Shown here: in pieces, positions 30,401 through 39,295 of the stretch
Layout: every line of letters starts with the position of its first letter
How positions within the stretch are numbered: the stretch's first letter is position 1
From: a virus
Virus record (IMG/VR): IMGVR_UViG_3300021513_000001
Location: 32,001 to 96,000 of that record
Strand: one strand, 5' to 3'
DNA: 64,000 nucleotides
Translations under genes and position numbers: made by a program
The notes under the pieces: model-generated
Told to the model about the DNA's origin: nothing
What the model saw: the letters and a program-made list of their open reading frames with translations, nothing else
The model's database searches: none

Positions 30401-31460
30401 CAAAATTAACACCAATTGTATAAAAAATAACAGTTTTATTCAAAAATTCAAAACTAGATTCTGGATATAGATCCTTACTATCTGAGAACCCAACACTAAA
30501 CACTTTATTAAAATCTAAACTTTTTAAATCAGACGTCTTATATATACCCTTTAAATTACCAGCAACGTCTATATAATCAGATTTACCACTACTTTCTACA
30601 ATATAAGTATAAGAAATAGAACCATCGCTATTAAAAAATCCAAGCTTTTCTGATATATCCGTATAAACAATTTCTGGTTTTGTATAATCACAATTTAATC
30701 TTATTTTATTTCCATCTTTTAATATTTTAAGACACGGAATCGGCATAGAATCAAAAAAAGAATTTAATTTACTTAAAATCTCATCTAAAAAGTAATAACC
30801 GCGCACAAACTCTACAACAAAATCTATACCATATATATTAAACAAAAAACTAGAATCCTGACTAATATTTATATTATTACTGTTAATAAATTTACCCAAT
30901 AATATATGTAAATCTTTCCCGCCGCTACACATATAGCTATACTTACTATAATAAGGACACGTAGGCTTAGAACACCTGTATTCAATAGGAGAATATACAG
31001 AAAAATATCTTATAAATAAAGGAACTATCTCGTCATTAAAAATACAAAGCCTTATATTAGTAATTTTTCCCACCCAGGCAGCATTTTGTCTTAAATCTAT
31101 ATCAGAATACAAAAATCCAGTAGTTAATTTTTCTAAAATTACATTTTCATAGCACTTATCACAAAAATCAAAATCTCCATCCTTCTTCCAAGCAATTTTT
31201 AACTTTAAACTGTCAACATTTTTAATATAATAAACCAGCCTTAACATATAAAAACTACTAGAATCAATAGAATCATCAAACAAAACCTCTAAATAAGAAG
31301 ATGTATCCATAAAAACACAACAAACATTATCATGCTCAGTAATATACAAACTACTTATTGTATTAAAAGATTGTTTGGGAAACTCAAAAATTTTGTTAGT
31401 TTCATAAGCACATCTTCCACCAACAAATATATAATCAAAAGCTGCTTTAGTTCCATACAT
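21498..31460 (-). CDS. 3,320-aa giant putative virion fibre/adhesin (repeated ConA-like modules, LamG, beta-helix)
   Basis: Uninterrupted ~10-kb ORF. Recurring module starts DDFTGNDGDLYDQTLW, NDNFNLSDGRSPNLKRW and STDFSEEGVLDYKW. Beta-helix cap YITLTSAISEASNGEIIYVLPGTY. Confidence 0.75.
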   Translation of the reverse strand: MYGTKAAFDYIFVGGRCAYETNKIFEFPKQSFNTISSLYITEHDNVCCVFMDTSSYLEVLFDDSIDSSSFYMLRLVYYIKNVDSLKLKIAWKKDGDFDFCDKCYENVILEKLTTGFLYSDIDLRQNAAWVGKITNIRLCIFNDEIVPLFIRYFSVYSPIEYRCSKPTCPYYSKYSYMCSGGKDLHILLGKFINSNNINISQDSSFLFNIYGIDFVVEFVRGYYFLDEILSKLNSFFDSMPIPCLKILKDGNKIRLNCDYTKPEIVYTDISEKLGFFNSDGSISYTYIVESSGKSDYIDVAGNLKGIYKTSDLKSLDFNKVFSVGFSDSKDLYPESSFEFLNKTVIFYTIGVNFDGYLNCFEIYCKALSGGGKILIYRKNKDVYEVVNSYFLSETNKMSKHILDWVCRVYRGDVIGFYNLKIGISRKADFVINYYGVVSGYSDSINKSDIEETSFSSVSFYAYFKAPTNNDIPILAVYNETSYVDKLSFLLEYSDSYDKEFNIIFNNNFNYKILGCQLNVKDDQGNVTEIPGEIVGIDCLSDNILYADVTEIELDNYDYSPPIDLTSIKNKNILRYSWNDYIINVYEYNNYTCSFIPGSVLFYYEFPVAIDICSVLIYSTEEESFDNYLLEILDNTKTSPSFSNIEDVIISEYQIDNWKFDIKNEVKTKGVGVFVYNNKNLPNISFSEIEICTKTGNMLAYVVDVCGFLDCSKMVMFDLNNNGDKKDIYIGTHIKSLVINVCLISNDRVFNLDNINVYSSFVPDDYFVSSNESGEGVLTIYNTRIKPLNCYLLDYTADLLDSLVYEYDFDNDIVHKGFVPTKYTHSEFYFVSSNYINSEYNTYSLKNLLNLENFFVSKYYNFKTTVYDDWYAPYDYLVPGKDGEFVYIDVGLKLRPLKNEAIRWFNYINVNEFYNDIDIELRFNYVGNIEDFVYIGLACCDRNYNNYLRFYSSFQLSPEYGLEFKLENQVDPTYYNFSNVLGRNVGLKIKKRDNAWTFYCFYSDKWHELTTFSLFDTEVLVAISTIFNAPHVKGNIIAEFISCEIKASKVVSGKKIWYTVNDGLSYVYSGNVLDNSTILDNFNKSLTFCRDYTVKKFVYNFNNISLRYLKFVNESSKSIKVTEIKCYIDDVLIPIRQGYVSYSDDLYFGILSGKTSYLDDNVVINYDLSHSIQKGGDDVLSAVGVDLGSNCGVNRAVIYYISETGSYEPCTLMYSYDNITYYDVYDNFSLFSKNAYTTAHYLFNEFVGYKSKNEIAYKFTSNDQYSTDFSEEGVLDYKWIISSPYEVDSGGVWLEHLGSAESLRSRFSIDGAFIIDVYFDGFSDYSSGEASVVLKAVFKNNTYYNDVYVKHRFDNHYVYASHGYKSGGVGSVSGGLRIERTDSVFYFYYRKYGTTWCEIGSYDYGYDYIYPVDVKVYLYGDNSFSLRIKKILLTKGVGIADTDLELLESPGISTLFVRGRKFINEDSYGVVNSELVSKLDYPFSFSWIGGVSSSIPAGGFLINKPYSIGLTYKEKDLSLCWFSEYFVELKIDSVLSYSSDVNTVSSVSVGNYNIDKQLFTNTSDQTIKAIYKSRYDVNTIIDETFKAGEGTFNTSFSGSGFVEYMSDDFTGNDGDLYDQTLWSGSTSNIEIKNNKLHVKYCAEHIYIDTKYTPVGDFNVQVDFELGNYYYSSELSQQLVIYFENGNRFDIRRQGTHSNCGYKTTICIDGDWTTLAQYAAQNDDFGKIRIIKKENIFSSYFLQKNQWFRLVDWMVPEDVNVSYIRLEHSSWDGSSKLECYFDNFVINDDLNSYCDVVIDGNYSYVNDNYIKLEGGNIRTNKIIRSAGVITFECSFTIEDYNNSYSAGFVVCNTPFRSAYYDHTGESIYISYDAGVFRLYIDGYSYSRIYDGDNRLFYPVYGRPYMIGVKFVPGTGTIIYWQGPTNGYLVLDYIINGDLYAWWGNLYGKGTYGNQVTTVHRFRCFEDRILYRELKRDWLFSVGANDNFNLSDGRSPNLKRWAVSGDPRIYNSSLKLMSVNGDKIQSNIFFCAPFEVVLSYNDLSFDFVNGLALSLNVEAYDSYKDRIFGVSKFKVGYNDGTASWVNYYCSGSSGNSSIYHVSNVSNRKLKIINDGYNIQYFLSDGDDWIVILSQDCAKQYYYKVSVEGTGPGVIAYLDSITVDSEEFMTPADAVALVPTAWKFSPTNKAYQDIIYVNLNELVDKCRYFFVDSVVKIDNSIFLSYIEINEDLVKFDGAKVVGDNYITLTSAISEASNGEIIYVLPGTYSIGGYTISKNIIIIGVGNYSDINIVISGSSVKLNGCEVIFKNITITEQLPTNNISFRTQGDKVSYFTMDNCRYVATSSTYVFKIEGTRSFYVYLRKCYFSGLSSYRLAYTASGYLDIMFDILNCRINLSRDYLLKSGNGYQMRSEIYSDSSLYEPIIMDTIPVFVLFSPHNDTNIYLNTPNGLEKIVRSKKNAFNYLSFGNTPGGVTFYGGDNNYYFSEYFMPPVDASFKLFIQGYVDTIRVFDRYQTYNETLNNINIIDNLGISLKLAHNNTIVDYKIYEPINQYSSSLIFGRNTPSIIDEFIWSNIETSSSELLLYYNSYLEKLGYTSCSISDCNIKYKFFIDFGSNVGVGFLTQQQAHNFSNVMYYSDNIDNPCLLTTQCSLSDARWYVLSNNVSKDAFNLDPGVFSVFPTISGCEDSRWEYTGDSKYIDLLSASVLSVSSTLTDVYNVKWKRNKTDINDYMVSSFSDSLVIHLKLFGGGVCDRIVIKSGYNVGTEYAGYITKCSIVMDSVTVFDIEDNINSTIIAEFDSVSFTTIDLIIYETKQVSEFFFNNNLLSGNVVFIEYIKILSFSNVRKFDNTFCNIYELDKTLALESINYSETGVCQPNYYFSKQFVNECVSYSVLDLDSLPAGNFTSVLAKTDGLYDCGFIIDEYTVSVSEDFITASVDSWRVYFGDVELYEEFFYIKGCSTSIGVRFFKNTVFEVGTYYEKFGMDKEWSITDELVLRIYSSNNVDNFYLCIGDKRNGTYYRWNLSLMSGWNTIRLNFYSSYVIKYVFNVVTDSLLFNDLDIFNVWFGGIYLHELGILVLDNIFVDKSSVKNVLSSNKDAFCMHLYYESDSGSVQLDYITYWDSDGKIFGNILSDKVLLSVFSDELCFSLVNKLSGEFVLGVYSYKHDVRTVKKFGKACKFNVNDRIKLKLDWFCKGGCFWSELYVNGFMVGRIQFNIIEIMKLKVFGVMVGGSPVYITSIYNSLGLCGQVNYIKIHSRNRENLLVNDKLFVKHGNEYKNLVESSPLYVGEIQPAEYIKIPIRYEGKSKELNQLNLKIKWSGVY

Positions 31461-31466
31461 AAAATA

Positions 31467-34400
31467 TTATTCTTCTCCTATAGGTTCTCCATTTTCATCA
31501 TAAAAAAAATAAGCCGTTGGTTTTGTTGGCTGTTCAATCCAAGTTGAAACATCTACTACATCAGGATAACCAAACATTCCATGCTCTACATGTGTTACAA
31601 AAAGAATATTATAAGGAATTACAAAATAATTACCAACAGCGGAAGTATTAAAAGAAACATTACACCAATTTAAAAGTTCTAAACATGTTTTTTCTTTTTC
31701 GCTTGGAACTTCAGCAAGAATATTTAAGTTATCACTATACATATCCAAACACCCACTACAGAAAGCTTTAACTAAATAGGTACTATTACAAGCCGCGAAA
31801 TGATATGTTGAATAAAAAGAATCTGGATACAAATCTAACTTATGACCCGGAGCTACCCACTGCGAAATCGGAACATAACCAAAAGCTTTATATAAATCTG
31901 GAACTAAACCCGCATTAAAAATAACATATTCTTCCGTTCTTGTATTAAAAACTTCGCTTTTCAAACAAAATCGAATAAAAGAAGTAGAATAGTGTATTAA
32001 CTTAAAAATATCTTTTTCCACAGGTAATACAATTTTATCTAACAAAGCCTGTTCCTTATCGTTGTATTCTATATTTTCACATTGTTCAGAAAACTCACCT
32101 CCATATCCCTCTTTAAATTCTACATCTCTATCGGATGAAATACCCCCACTAAGTTTGTATACAAAACCAAAAGGCATAGCATAAAAAACAGAGTCACCAA
32201 CTTTTATTTTATCATTTAAATTTTCTTTATATAAATTAATACCTTTAACTTGTCCACTAATAATATTATCTATATTTCTAGAATAAGTTATAGCTTTTAA
32301 AGAACTAACCTTATTAAACGTAACCTCACACAACTTTCCACCAGTAAATCTACCACATTTCACTTTAACTTGCATATCATTATAAACATCACAAAAAAAT
32401 ACAACATCATTAAAAACAAATCTATACTTAGTACCACAGTACATTATCTTATTATAGTTATCATATGCTTCAAATCTTAACATATAACGGTACTTTCCGC
32501 CATCTTCTTTATTTTCGCCACTTGTATCATATTCAGGATCTGCCACTAAATTTCCAATACCATAAAATTCCTCAGAGGTTTCTAAACAAACATGTCCAAC
32601 AGTTGTTGAACAGCTGTATTTCCCAGATAAAAACACCCCAAAAGTAAAATCTATAATAAAACAGTCAAAATCAACTTCTATATATACAGATTTACTAGCA
32701 TCCTTAGCAACCCCATAGCAACAAGAACTGCTTTCATTGGAACTACCCATAGTTACTGAAAAATTAGAAGAATGAAAACCTTGCAATCGACAATAAATAT
32801 TACAAGTTTCGTGACTTAAAAACATGTTATCAAATTCCAAATAAAAACCTCTGTTAATTTTATATTTTATATTTCCCTTTTGTATTACATCATAATCGTT
32901 TAACGACATTTCGTCAGTATCATCTTTTTGAACCAATGTACCAACACTGTAACAATCAAAATATTTCAAATATACTTTCTGCAATTCTACAATTTTAGTT
33001 TCTACTTCCCCATCATTATTTACAACACTCTCTTCTAACTCAACATAAAACATCCACGGTGGTCCAGAAATATTAGAAGGCCGTTCCTTAACTTTAATAT
33101 CTATATAACAGGGGTGTGTTATCGAACAAACACCAACCCCAGTTAACTTTAATCTTATAGAATCCCCGTACAAATAGCCATTACTATAAGTACACGGTAA
33201 ATATTCTATTTTAACTTTTTCACCAAAAGGAAAAGGATCAACAACCGCCCCCATATCACCAACTACCGGCTCGGCTATAGATACAGAAAGACCAACATCG
33301 CTATAATAATTATACTTATCTGATGCCGAAACTCTAGTATCATATATAACAATTAAAGCAGGTCCAGAAATAACAGGCTCTTCATTACCAAAATTACTTA
33401 TTTCAATATCCCCGCCTTTATATTTATAATAGCCTTTTTCTCCCTCTCTTTCTGATTCTATATACTCAATCAAATCATTAAAACAAACACAATCATGTGT
33501 TTCAAAAGTAATACTGTCATCATCTGTAAAACTAATTATAGAACCAAACAAACCAAAGTCATCAGTAACAAAAACTGGATCTTTCTCTGGTAAATACCCA
33601 TACTCAAAATTATTATTAAACACAGCGTCATTATCAGAATAACCAGACAATTTATAAACATAATTATCATCATTAGGATTAACACCGCTAAGCGTACTAA
33701 ACGGGACTCTTCCATAATTACTAGAAAAATAACACAACCTAAAAAACTTCCCTAATCCGCCAAAAACAGGCAGTACTCCAACATTATTAACTTCTTTTTC
33801 TTTATCAAAAATAAAATATGATTTTTTTAAGTCATCATATGTTTCAAACATACGTAAAGCACCATCACCATAAAAAATAGGTTTAGATTTTATAGAAGCA
33901 CCCAAAAAAACATAATCATATGCCTGCCGCCAAGCTGAAGCAAAATGATAATACAACGGAGCTGTTTTTAAATTTATTGCGTTATGCTCATCGTCCGAAA
34001 TAAAAGACGAAGAACAACAATCAGAATTTTTATCAATTATTATAGCACCTATAAAATGAGTAGCCCCGGGTTTGGTTTTAGTATATTCATTTAAACATAG
34101 CTTCATAAGTTCAGGACCGTCTGTTTCACATTCAAGCTTATCATAATGTTCCCAAAAACTATAATTTCCTTCAACCCAAGGTATAACGTACGGTTCTGCA
34201 ATAAGACTATAAGGTCCAGTAGTTCTACACCCAAGAGATACATAAGGAGTTTCCTTACTAAGATAATCTTGCGCAAATAATATAAGCTCACAACGACACG
34301 GCATATAAGCAGGACGTTTACAAATAAGACTAGGAAAAAATACAGAATTACTCACAATCATTTCTGCGTCAGTTGTTATCGGCAAAACACTAGGTAAAAG

Positions 34401-37400
34401 TGTACCTTCTATAGGGCCGTAAGCATCTTTTCCTTTATTTTTATAATCAAAAACACACTTACAACCCGGTAAATAAGTATAATTATGATGATAAGGATAT
34501 AAACATTGGTATATAAAATTAGCGTCTCCAGCACGCATACGTTCATATCCGCATATATATTTATTTCTATCATAATTATAAGGCAACATCGGTGGTATAT
34601 CTATCAAACAATTATATAATATAGATCTAATTTCACCTGGTTTCGGTTCAACACTTCTATTAACTACAAAACCAGTATCTAAAATGTCAAAATCTCTATA
34701 AGAACTAACATCTAAAACAACACATTCATCAATCCCTTCTGAATTTTCTAATGTTCCAGACGTAACAGGCCCTATAATATATTCTCGTGGTTTAACAATA
34801 ACTATTGAATCATTCTCCCCATCCTTGAAAATTATTGGTATAGATCTCCACGGAACAGATGCATTTGACGGTAAATATGTAGGAGCAACTTCAAAAGTAG
34901 TAGTAGAACTTGCAGATTTATAATAATTTAAGACGTCTATACTATAAAAAGACGATGAATACCTATAAGGGTTTATAGAACCAAAATAATCATCTATAAA
35001 TAAATACTTAAAATCACTAAACTCAAAATCATCCCCACTATAGGGTTTAAAAATTAAATCAGTACAGCTAAATCCTCTAATATATCTTCTATAAATATTA
35101 TTCTGACCATCTTTAAAATGTTTAACCCCTGGATAATCAGCAAATTCGTTATACCTAGATACCTCACATGCTCTAAACGGAAACCACATAGGACCTACAA
35201 ACCTAGAACACGGTCTTGCCCTTCGCATACCAATACCATATTTATCATAATCTCCTGTATAATAAACACCATCAAAAGATCTACCTTCAACAACAGGATC
35301 TTCTATTTCACCAGCTAAAGGAAAATCTGAAGCCCTATCGTACAGATATGGAGTAGTGTTTCCTAAAACAAAATCATGATCTCCACAGTAACTGCAATAT
35401 ATATAATCTATTGAATCTAATTCAATATATAAAATACTTTTCCCTTGTGCAAACCCTTTAATTATATCTTCTTCACTAATTTCTGATAATTGAGAGTGCG
35501 CTAATGTTCTATACACGTCCAAAAATAAATTACGAGCTTTTACCATAGACTGTAAACCAATGAATCCGTAATTATCCATTGTTTTTTTATATTTAATCCA
35601 CCAATTAGATGTAAATAAAAAACCGTAATCAATAGATGCAGTTCTATTATCTTGATTTGTTCCTCTATTCCTATACTTAGTATCTCTATATTTTTCATGA
35701 ATTATAACATAAAAAGGATTAATAAAAAAATCTAAATTATTACTATCTATAACTTTTTCAAAAGGATTTAATCCAGTATTATACGAATATGTATAAACAT
35801 CATATTTTGATTTCCATTTATACATCACCTCTGGATCTGGTAACCCAACCTGCGATACTACTACTGGTATTCTTTTTAATATTGGTATAATATTTTCTTT
35901 ATATTTTATAAAAAATAAATAATCTTGAACAAACTTGCTTACACCTAAAATATAAAAATAAAAAAACTCATTAAACTTACAATTAAAATTATCAAAAACA
36001 ATCTTATCAAAAATAGATTCTTCTTCGTTTTCTGGATATTTATTATCTAACTCAAGTTTATCTTTATTGAATCCACAAATAGGAAGACCAAAAAACCTAC
36101 AAACTTCTGAAATATGTGTCAAATTATGTTTTATTTCTACATATTTCTCCTCTTGCTCTTCTTGCTCTTTTTTCTTTTTTAATTCTAATGCTATATAAAA
36201 ATCAGAAATACTATTACTAAATAAACGAGCCCAAGGGTTATTTTCTTTCCCCTCTAAAAAACTAATAGAAAAAGGCTCATAAAATTTATTATTTATATAA
36301 GATCTTACAGTTTTTTCATATAAATATTTAAAATTATATTCTTTCTGTCCCAAAGCTCCATGAGCACCTTCTCTTTTTTCTTGACACTCATTTAAATCTT
36401 CAACAGCAGTTAAAGGCTTTTCACCTCTAATAAGTTTTTGAATATTAGAGTTTTCATAATCCCTTTGTTCCTCTTCTTGTTTTTTAATAACGTCTTCAAA
36501 AAGAAATTTAAAACTTAAATAAGAAAAATAAAAATAAAAAACACTCTTTATATCCTCTTGTTTATATGTAGCACCCGTCCCTTCGTCTACTTCCAAATCG
36601 CAAGTTACTTTGATATAATACGGACTATTAAATGGGTTCTTAATAAGATTAGACAATGATATATTTGTTTCAGTATCCCCATCGTCTTCCTCACTACATT
36701 TTTGTTCAACTTTAATAGGATCTTCACAAACACCTTTATCTTTTGATAAATCTTTCATATCAAAAGATTCTACATTATCACATTCTTCAGGTATAAAAAG
36801 ATTTTCTTTCTTACACCCTTCAGTTTTAGTAAAATATTCTACCTTATTACCGATAACAAGAGTAAATTCTAACTTAACTTCATCAGCAAAATCACTATTA
36901 TATTCTTCTACATCTGGTATTAGTATAACAACACCGGCTGGAAGAGATCTTAAAAGTATAATAGTTTCTTCTTCTAAAACTTCTTCACTTTGTGGTTGGC
37001 TTCTATTCGGATTTGGCTGTCTTTCATCAGATATATCCTCTTCAATTAAAACATTTTCTGCCTTTTTAACTGAAAAAGAAAAATCAGAATTTATATCATA
37101 GTATTCAAACATCGGATGATATGCTTGATACTTTGTTTTATATTTATATGAATTATACGTACAATCTTTAATATAAAACGGATATACTTGATTTTTTATT
37201 TTTAAAATTATTACATTTTTAAAAAATATTACATCGCCATCTTCAAACTCTGTCTTTGTTTTATTAACATTTATATCAATTTTATATTTTTTCTCTTTCT
37301 TCTCTAATGTCCATAAATATTTTCTTGTTTCTTCATTAAAATAATACCACTGTAATGGTAAAGAAGTCATTGTAACTTCTTCGGTTAAACCAGCATTCAA

Positions 37401-38555
37401 AGAAAAAACCCTTGCACCAAACGATAAATCTTGACCTTTATAATCAGCATGTATTTTAGGACATTCATCTATATTTACATTTTTATATGAAACATCCAAA
37501 GTATAATTTGTAGCAAGATCATAAATACAATTTGATGCAAAACTAATATCATTATAAAACATTTCTAAGTTTACACAAACAGCTTTATTAGCATCAAACA
37601 TACCAACACTAACTTTACTTAAAACAAACATACTATTATTAAATACTATATTACTATCTGAATATACAATTAAACATTTAGATAAATCAAATCTCGAACA
37701 TAAAGTTGCTAAAGATACTCCAAAACCAATCTTGTCACATTTAATTAGAAGATCGCTATTTTGTTTATCTGACAATTTATGAAATATTTCTTCAAAAACA
37801 ACAGATAAGTTTTGATTCCCTTCATTAAAAACACCTGTTTTAAAAAAATCATTTATAAGTGTAAAAGTATTTTCTGAAAGATTCAATTCAGAAATACAAA
37901 TAACATAAGTATCACCATTACCAGGAACATCCAATAAAACAGATATATAATTTCCTTGATAAATTATTTCATTAACATTTAATGGATAAATAGCTCTCGG
38001 TAAAAAAAACTCAAAAAAATCATCTGTAACAAAATCGACATAATCTTTATACTCAACAGAGGGTGGATGGTAAGGCAGAGAAACAATTTCATTATCTTTA
38101 ATATAAACACGCCTAGGTAAAACAACTACAGTTCTCAAAGGATCTTCATCTATTCCCCAATACGAAGATACCCCTTTTTCATAAGCTAAAACATTAACTG
38201 CATCATAAGTACACTGGTGTTTCAAATAAGCACTAAATAGTTCTACAATATGCTGAGCTAAAATATACCGACCATCTTTTACATATTCTTTATTTAAATA
38301 TTTAAACACACCTGTATAATATCTACACCTTACTTTCGCACCAACACACGGGGTTTTTAAATCTTCTCCGGGATTTTCTGCTTCTTCGTCACTGCTATAT
38401 TCATCTGCCTTTAATTTACACTTACCTTCAAAATAAAACAAACATGGGGACACCCTAGCCATAGCTCTTTCTAATAAAACTCTTACATATTGAGAGCTAT
38501 ATAATTTTTCAAAAAATAAACCAGACTTTCCAAAAAAACGATACTCATCAGCCAT
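31467..38555 (-). CDS. 2,362-aa Cys/Tyr-rich giant protein, probably virion (baseplate-associated); function unknown
   Basis: Uninterrupted ~7-kb ORF within the structural operon, with many Cys clusters and acidic low-complexity linkers. No family motif recognised. Confidence 0.7.
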   Translation of the reverse strand: MADEYRFFGKSGLFFEKLYSSQYVRVLLERAMARVSPCLFYFEGKCKLKADEYSSDEEAENPGEDLKTPCVGAKVRCRYYTGVFKYLNKEYVKDGRYILAQHIVELFSAYLKHQCTYDAVNVLAYEKGVSSYWGIDEDPLRTVVVLPRRVYIKDNEIVSLPYHPPSVEYKDYVDFVTDDFFEFFLPRAIYPLNVNEIIYQGNYISVLLDVPGNGDTYVICISELNLSENTFTLINDFFKTGVFNEGNQNLSVVFEEIFHKLSDKQNSDLLIKCDKIGFGVSLATLCSRFDLSKCLIVYSDSNIVFNNSMFVLSKVSVGMFDANKAVCVNLEMFYNDISFASNCIYDLATNYTLDVSYKNVNIDECPKIHADYKGQDLSFGARVFSLNAGLTEEVTMTSLPLQWYYFNEETRKYLWTLEKKEKKYKIDINVNKTKTEFEDGDVIFFKNVIILKIKNQVYPFYIKDCTYNSYKYKTKYQAYHPMFEYYDINSDFSFSVKKAENVLIEEDISDERQPNPNRSQPQSEEVLEEETIILLRSLPAGVVILIPDVEEYNSDFADEVKLEFTLVIGNKVEYFTKTEGCKKENLFIPEECDNVESFDMKDLSKDKGVCEDPIKVEQKCSEEDDGDTETNISLSNLIKNPFNSPYYIKVTCDLEVDEGTGATYKQEDIKSVFYFYFSYLSFKFLFEDVIKKQEEEQRDYENSNIQKLIRGEKPLTAVEDLNECQEKREGAHGALGQKEYNFKYLYEKTVRSYINNKFYEPFSISFLEGKENNPWARLFSNSISDFYIALELKKKKEQEEQEEKYVEIKHNLTHISEVCRFFGLPICGFNKDKLELDNKYPENEEESIFDKIVFDNFNCKFNEFFYFYILGVSKFVQDYLFFIKYKENIIPILKRIPVVVSQVGLPDPEVMYKWKSKYDVYTYSYNTGLNPFEKVIDSNNLDFFINPFYVIIHEKYRDTKYRNRGTNQDNRTASIDYGFLFTSNWWIKYKKTMDNYGFIGLQSMVKARNLFLDVYRTLAHSQLSEISEEDIIKGFAQGKSILYIELDSIDYIYCSYCGDHDFVLGNTTPYLYDRASDFPLAGEIEDPVVEGRSFDGVYYTGDYDKYGIGMRRARPCSRFVGPMWFPFRACEVSRYNEFADYPGVKHFKDGQNNIYRRYIRGFSCTDLIFKPYSGDDFEFSDFKYLFIDDYFGSINPYRYSSSFYSIDVLNYYKSASSTTTFEVAPTYLPSNASVPWRSIPIIFKDGENDSIVIVKPREYIIGPVTSGTLENSEGIDECVVLDVSSYRDFDILDTGFVVNRSVEPKPGEIRSILYNCLIDIPPMLPYNYDRNKYICGYERMRAGDANFIYQCLYPYHHNYTYLPGCKCVFDYKNKGKDAYGPIEGTLLPSVLPITTDAEMIVSNSVFFPSLICKRPAYMPCRCELILFAQDYLSKETPYVSLGCRTTGPYSLIAEPYVIPWVEGNYSFWEHYDKLECETDGPELMKLCLNEYTKTKPGATHFIGAIIIDKNSDCCSSSFISDDEHNAINLKTAPLYYHFASAWRQAYDYVFLGASIKSKPIFYGDGALRMFETYDDLKKSYFIFDKEKEVNNVGVLPVFGGLGKFFRLCYFSSNYGRVPFSTLSGVNPNDDNYVYKLSGYSDNDAVFNNNFEYGYLPEKDPVFVTDDFGLFGSIISFTDDDSITFETHDCVCFNDLIEYIESEREGEKGYYKYKGGDIEISNFGNEEPVISGPALIVIYDTRVSASDKYNYYSDVGLSVSIAEPVVGDMGAVVDPFPFGEKVKIEYLPCTYSNGYLYGDSIRLKLTGVGVCSITHPCYIDIKVKERPSNISGPPWMFYVELEESVVNNDGEVETKIVELQKVYLKYFDCYSVGTLVQKDDTDEMSLNDYDVIQKGNIKYKINRGFYLEFDNMFLSHETCNIYCRLQGFHSSNFSVTMGSSNESSSCCYGVAKDASKSVYIEVDFDCFIIDFTFGVFLSGKYSCSTTVGHVCLETSEEFYGIGNLVADPEYDTSGENKEDGGKYRYMLRFEAYDNYNKIMYCGTKYRFVFNDVVFFCDVYNDMQVKVKCGRFTGGKLCEVTFNKVSSLKAITYSRNIDNIISGQVKGINLYKENLNDKIKVGDSVFYAMPFGFVYKLSGGISSDRDVEFKEGYGGEFSEQCENIEYNDKEQALLDKIVLPVEKDIFKLIHYSTSFIRFCLKSEVFNTRTEEYVIFNAGLVPDLYKAFGYVPISQWVAPGHKLDLYPDSFYSTYHFAACNSTYLVKAFCSGCLDMYSDNLNILAEVPSEKEKTCLELLNWCNVSFNTSAVGNYFVIPYNILFVTHVEHGMFGYPDVVDVSTWIEQPTKPTAYFFYDENGEPIGEE

Positions 38556-38561
38556 TGTCTA

Positions 38562-38879
38562 CTAATCCACTACGCGCATTTTCATATTACCTGTATACTC
38601 ATCTACAACATATTCAACTTTAAGGTTTCCCTCGTAATACCCTATTATTCGTTGTTCTATTATTGGTACTTTTTCTCCTGGAGCAATAGACGCTCTTTTC
38701 CTTTGTATATATGCTTGTTTATTTTCTAATTTCCATTTTCTTCCTTCAAAAATCAAAGTCAAAGATTTTATTTCTTTTTTTGGAACACTTGCCCAATCCG
38801 TATCGCACTCCCACAAAGTAGTTCCATCATAAAGTTCTACTATCCAACCTCTTCGCATCTTTCCATTTAAAACACTCAT
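38562..38879 (-). CDS. small hypothetical protein (~105 aa, start MSVLNGKMRRG)
   Basis: GGAG SD 7 nt before ATG 38879 favours this start over the tracked TTG 38936. Tandem TAG TAG stop. Confidence 0.75.
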   Translation of the reverse strand: MSVLNGKMRRGWIVELYDGTTLWECDTDWASVPKKEIKSLTLIFEGRKWKLENKQAYIQRKRASIAPGEKVPIIEQRIIGYYEGNLKVEYVVDEYTGNMKMRVVD

Positions 38880-38978
38880 ACAATATCTCCAGATTTTTGT
38901 ATTTTTTATTATCTCTATTTTAAAATTAGTAGACAAATTGATTTATCTCTCAATTAAAATGTACACAATTATCATACC

Positions 38979-39010
38979 AAAAACCCGAAGGTTCCAAACC
39001 TTCGGGTTTT
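38979..39010. terminator. strong, potentially bidirectional intrinsic terminator
   Basis: Perfect 14-bp stem AAAACCCGAAGGTT-CCA-AACCTTCGGGTTTT with U-tracts on both strands. Confidence 0.8.
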
Positions 39011-39295
39011 ATCTTCCATAATATCTATACACAAATTATACAAGTAATTTATTCCAAACAGCGTTTGAAGCTTCTCAAGCTATTCTCAATCTAATAATTC
39101 ACGTTAATGCTTGAATACTTTATCCGAACACGCTTTTTTTGTTAAAACTTACTGTTTAGCAGAGATCTCTTATTATTTGAATATCGAGAGCTAGTGTCAG
39201 GTTTTGCTTTCACAAAACATATTATATGCATTTTCTGTGCCAAAATTTGAAAGCCTGTATCTCCGACCAGCGAACGAAGATCTACGCTCTAAATG
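39011..39295 (-). ncRNA. candidate structured RNA / long 3' UTR between the 511-aa gene and the terminator
   Basis: ~285 nt without a credible ORF in an otherwise gap-free operon, and GC-richer than other spacers. Minus-strand hairpins GTTTTGT-GAAA-GCAAAAC and AGCTT-GAG-AAGCT. Long-range pairing CTGACAC..GCT / AGC-GTGTTCGG. Confidence 0.45.

Noticed and set aside
3937-38555. Diversity-generating retroelement acting on the fibre genes
   Set aside because: No reverse transcriptase and no near-identical template/variable repeat pair with adenine-specific mismatches was seen. A computed self-alignment would be needed to exclude it fully.
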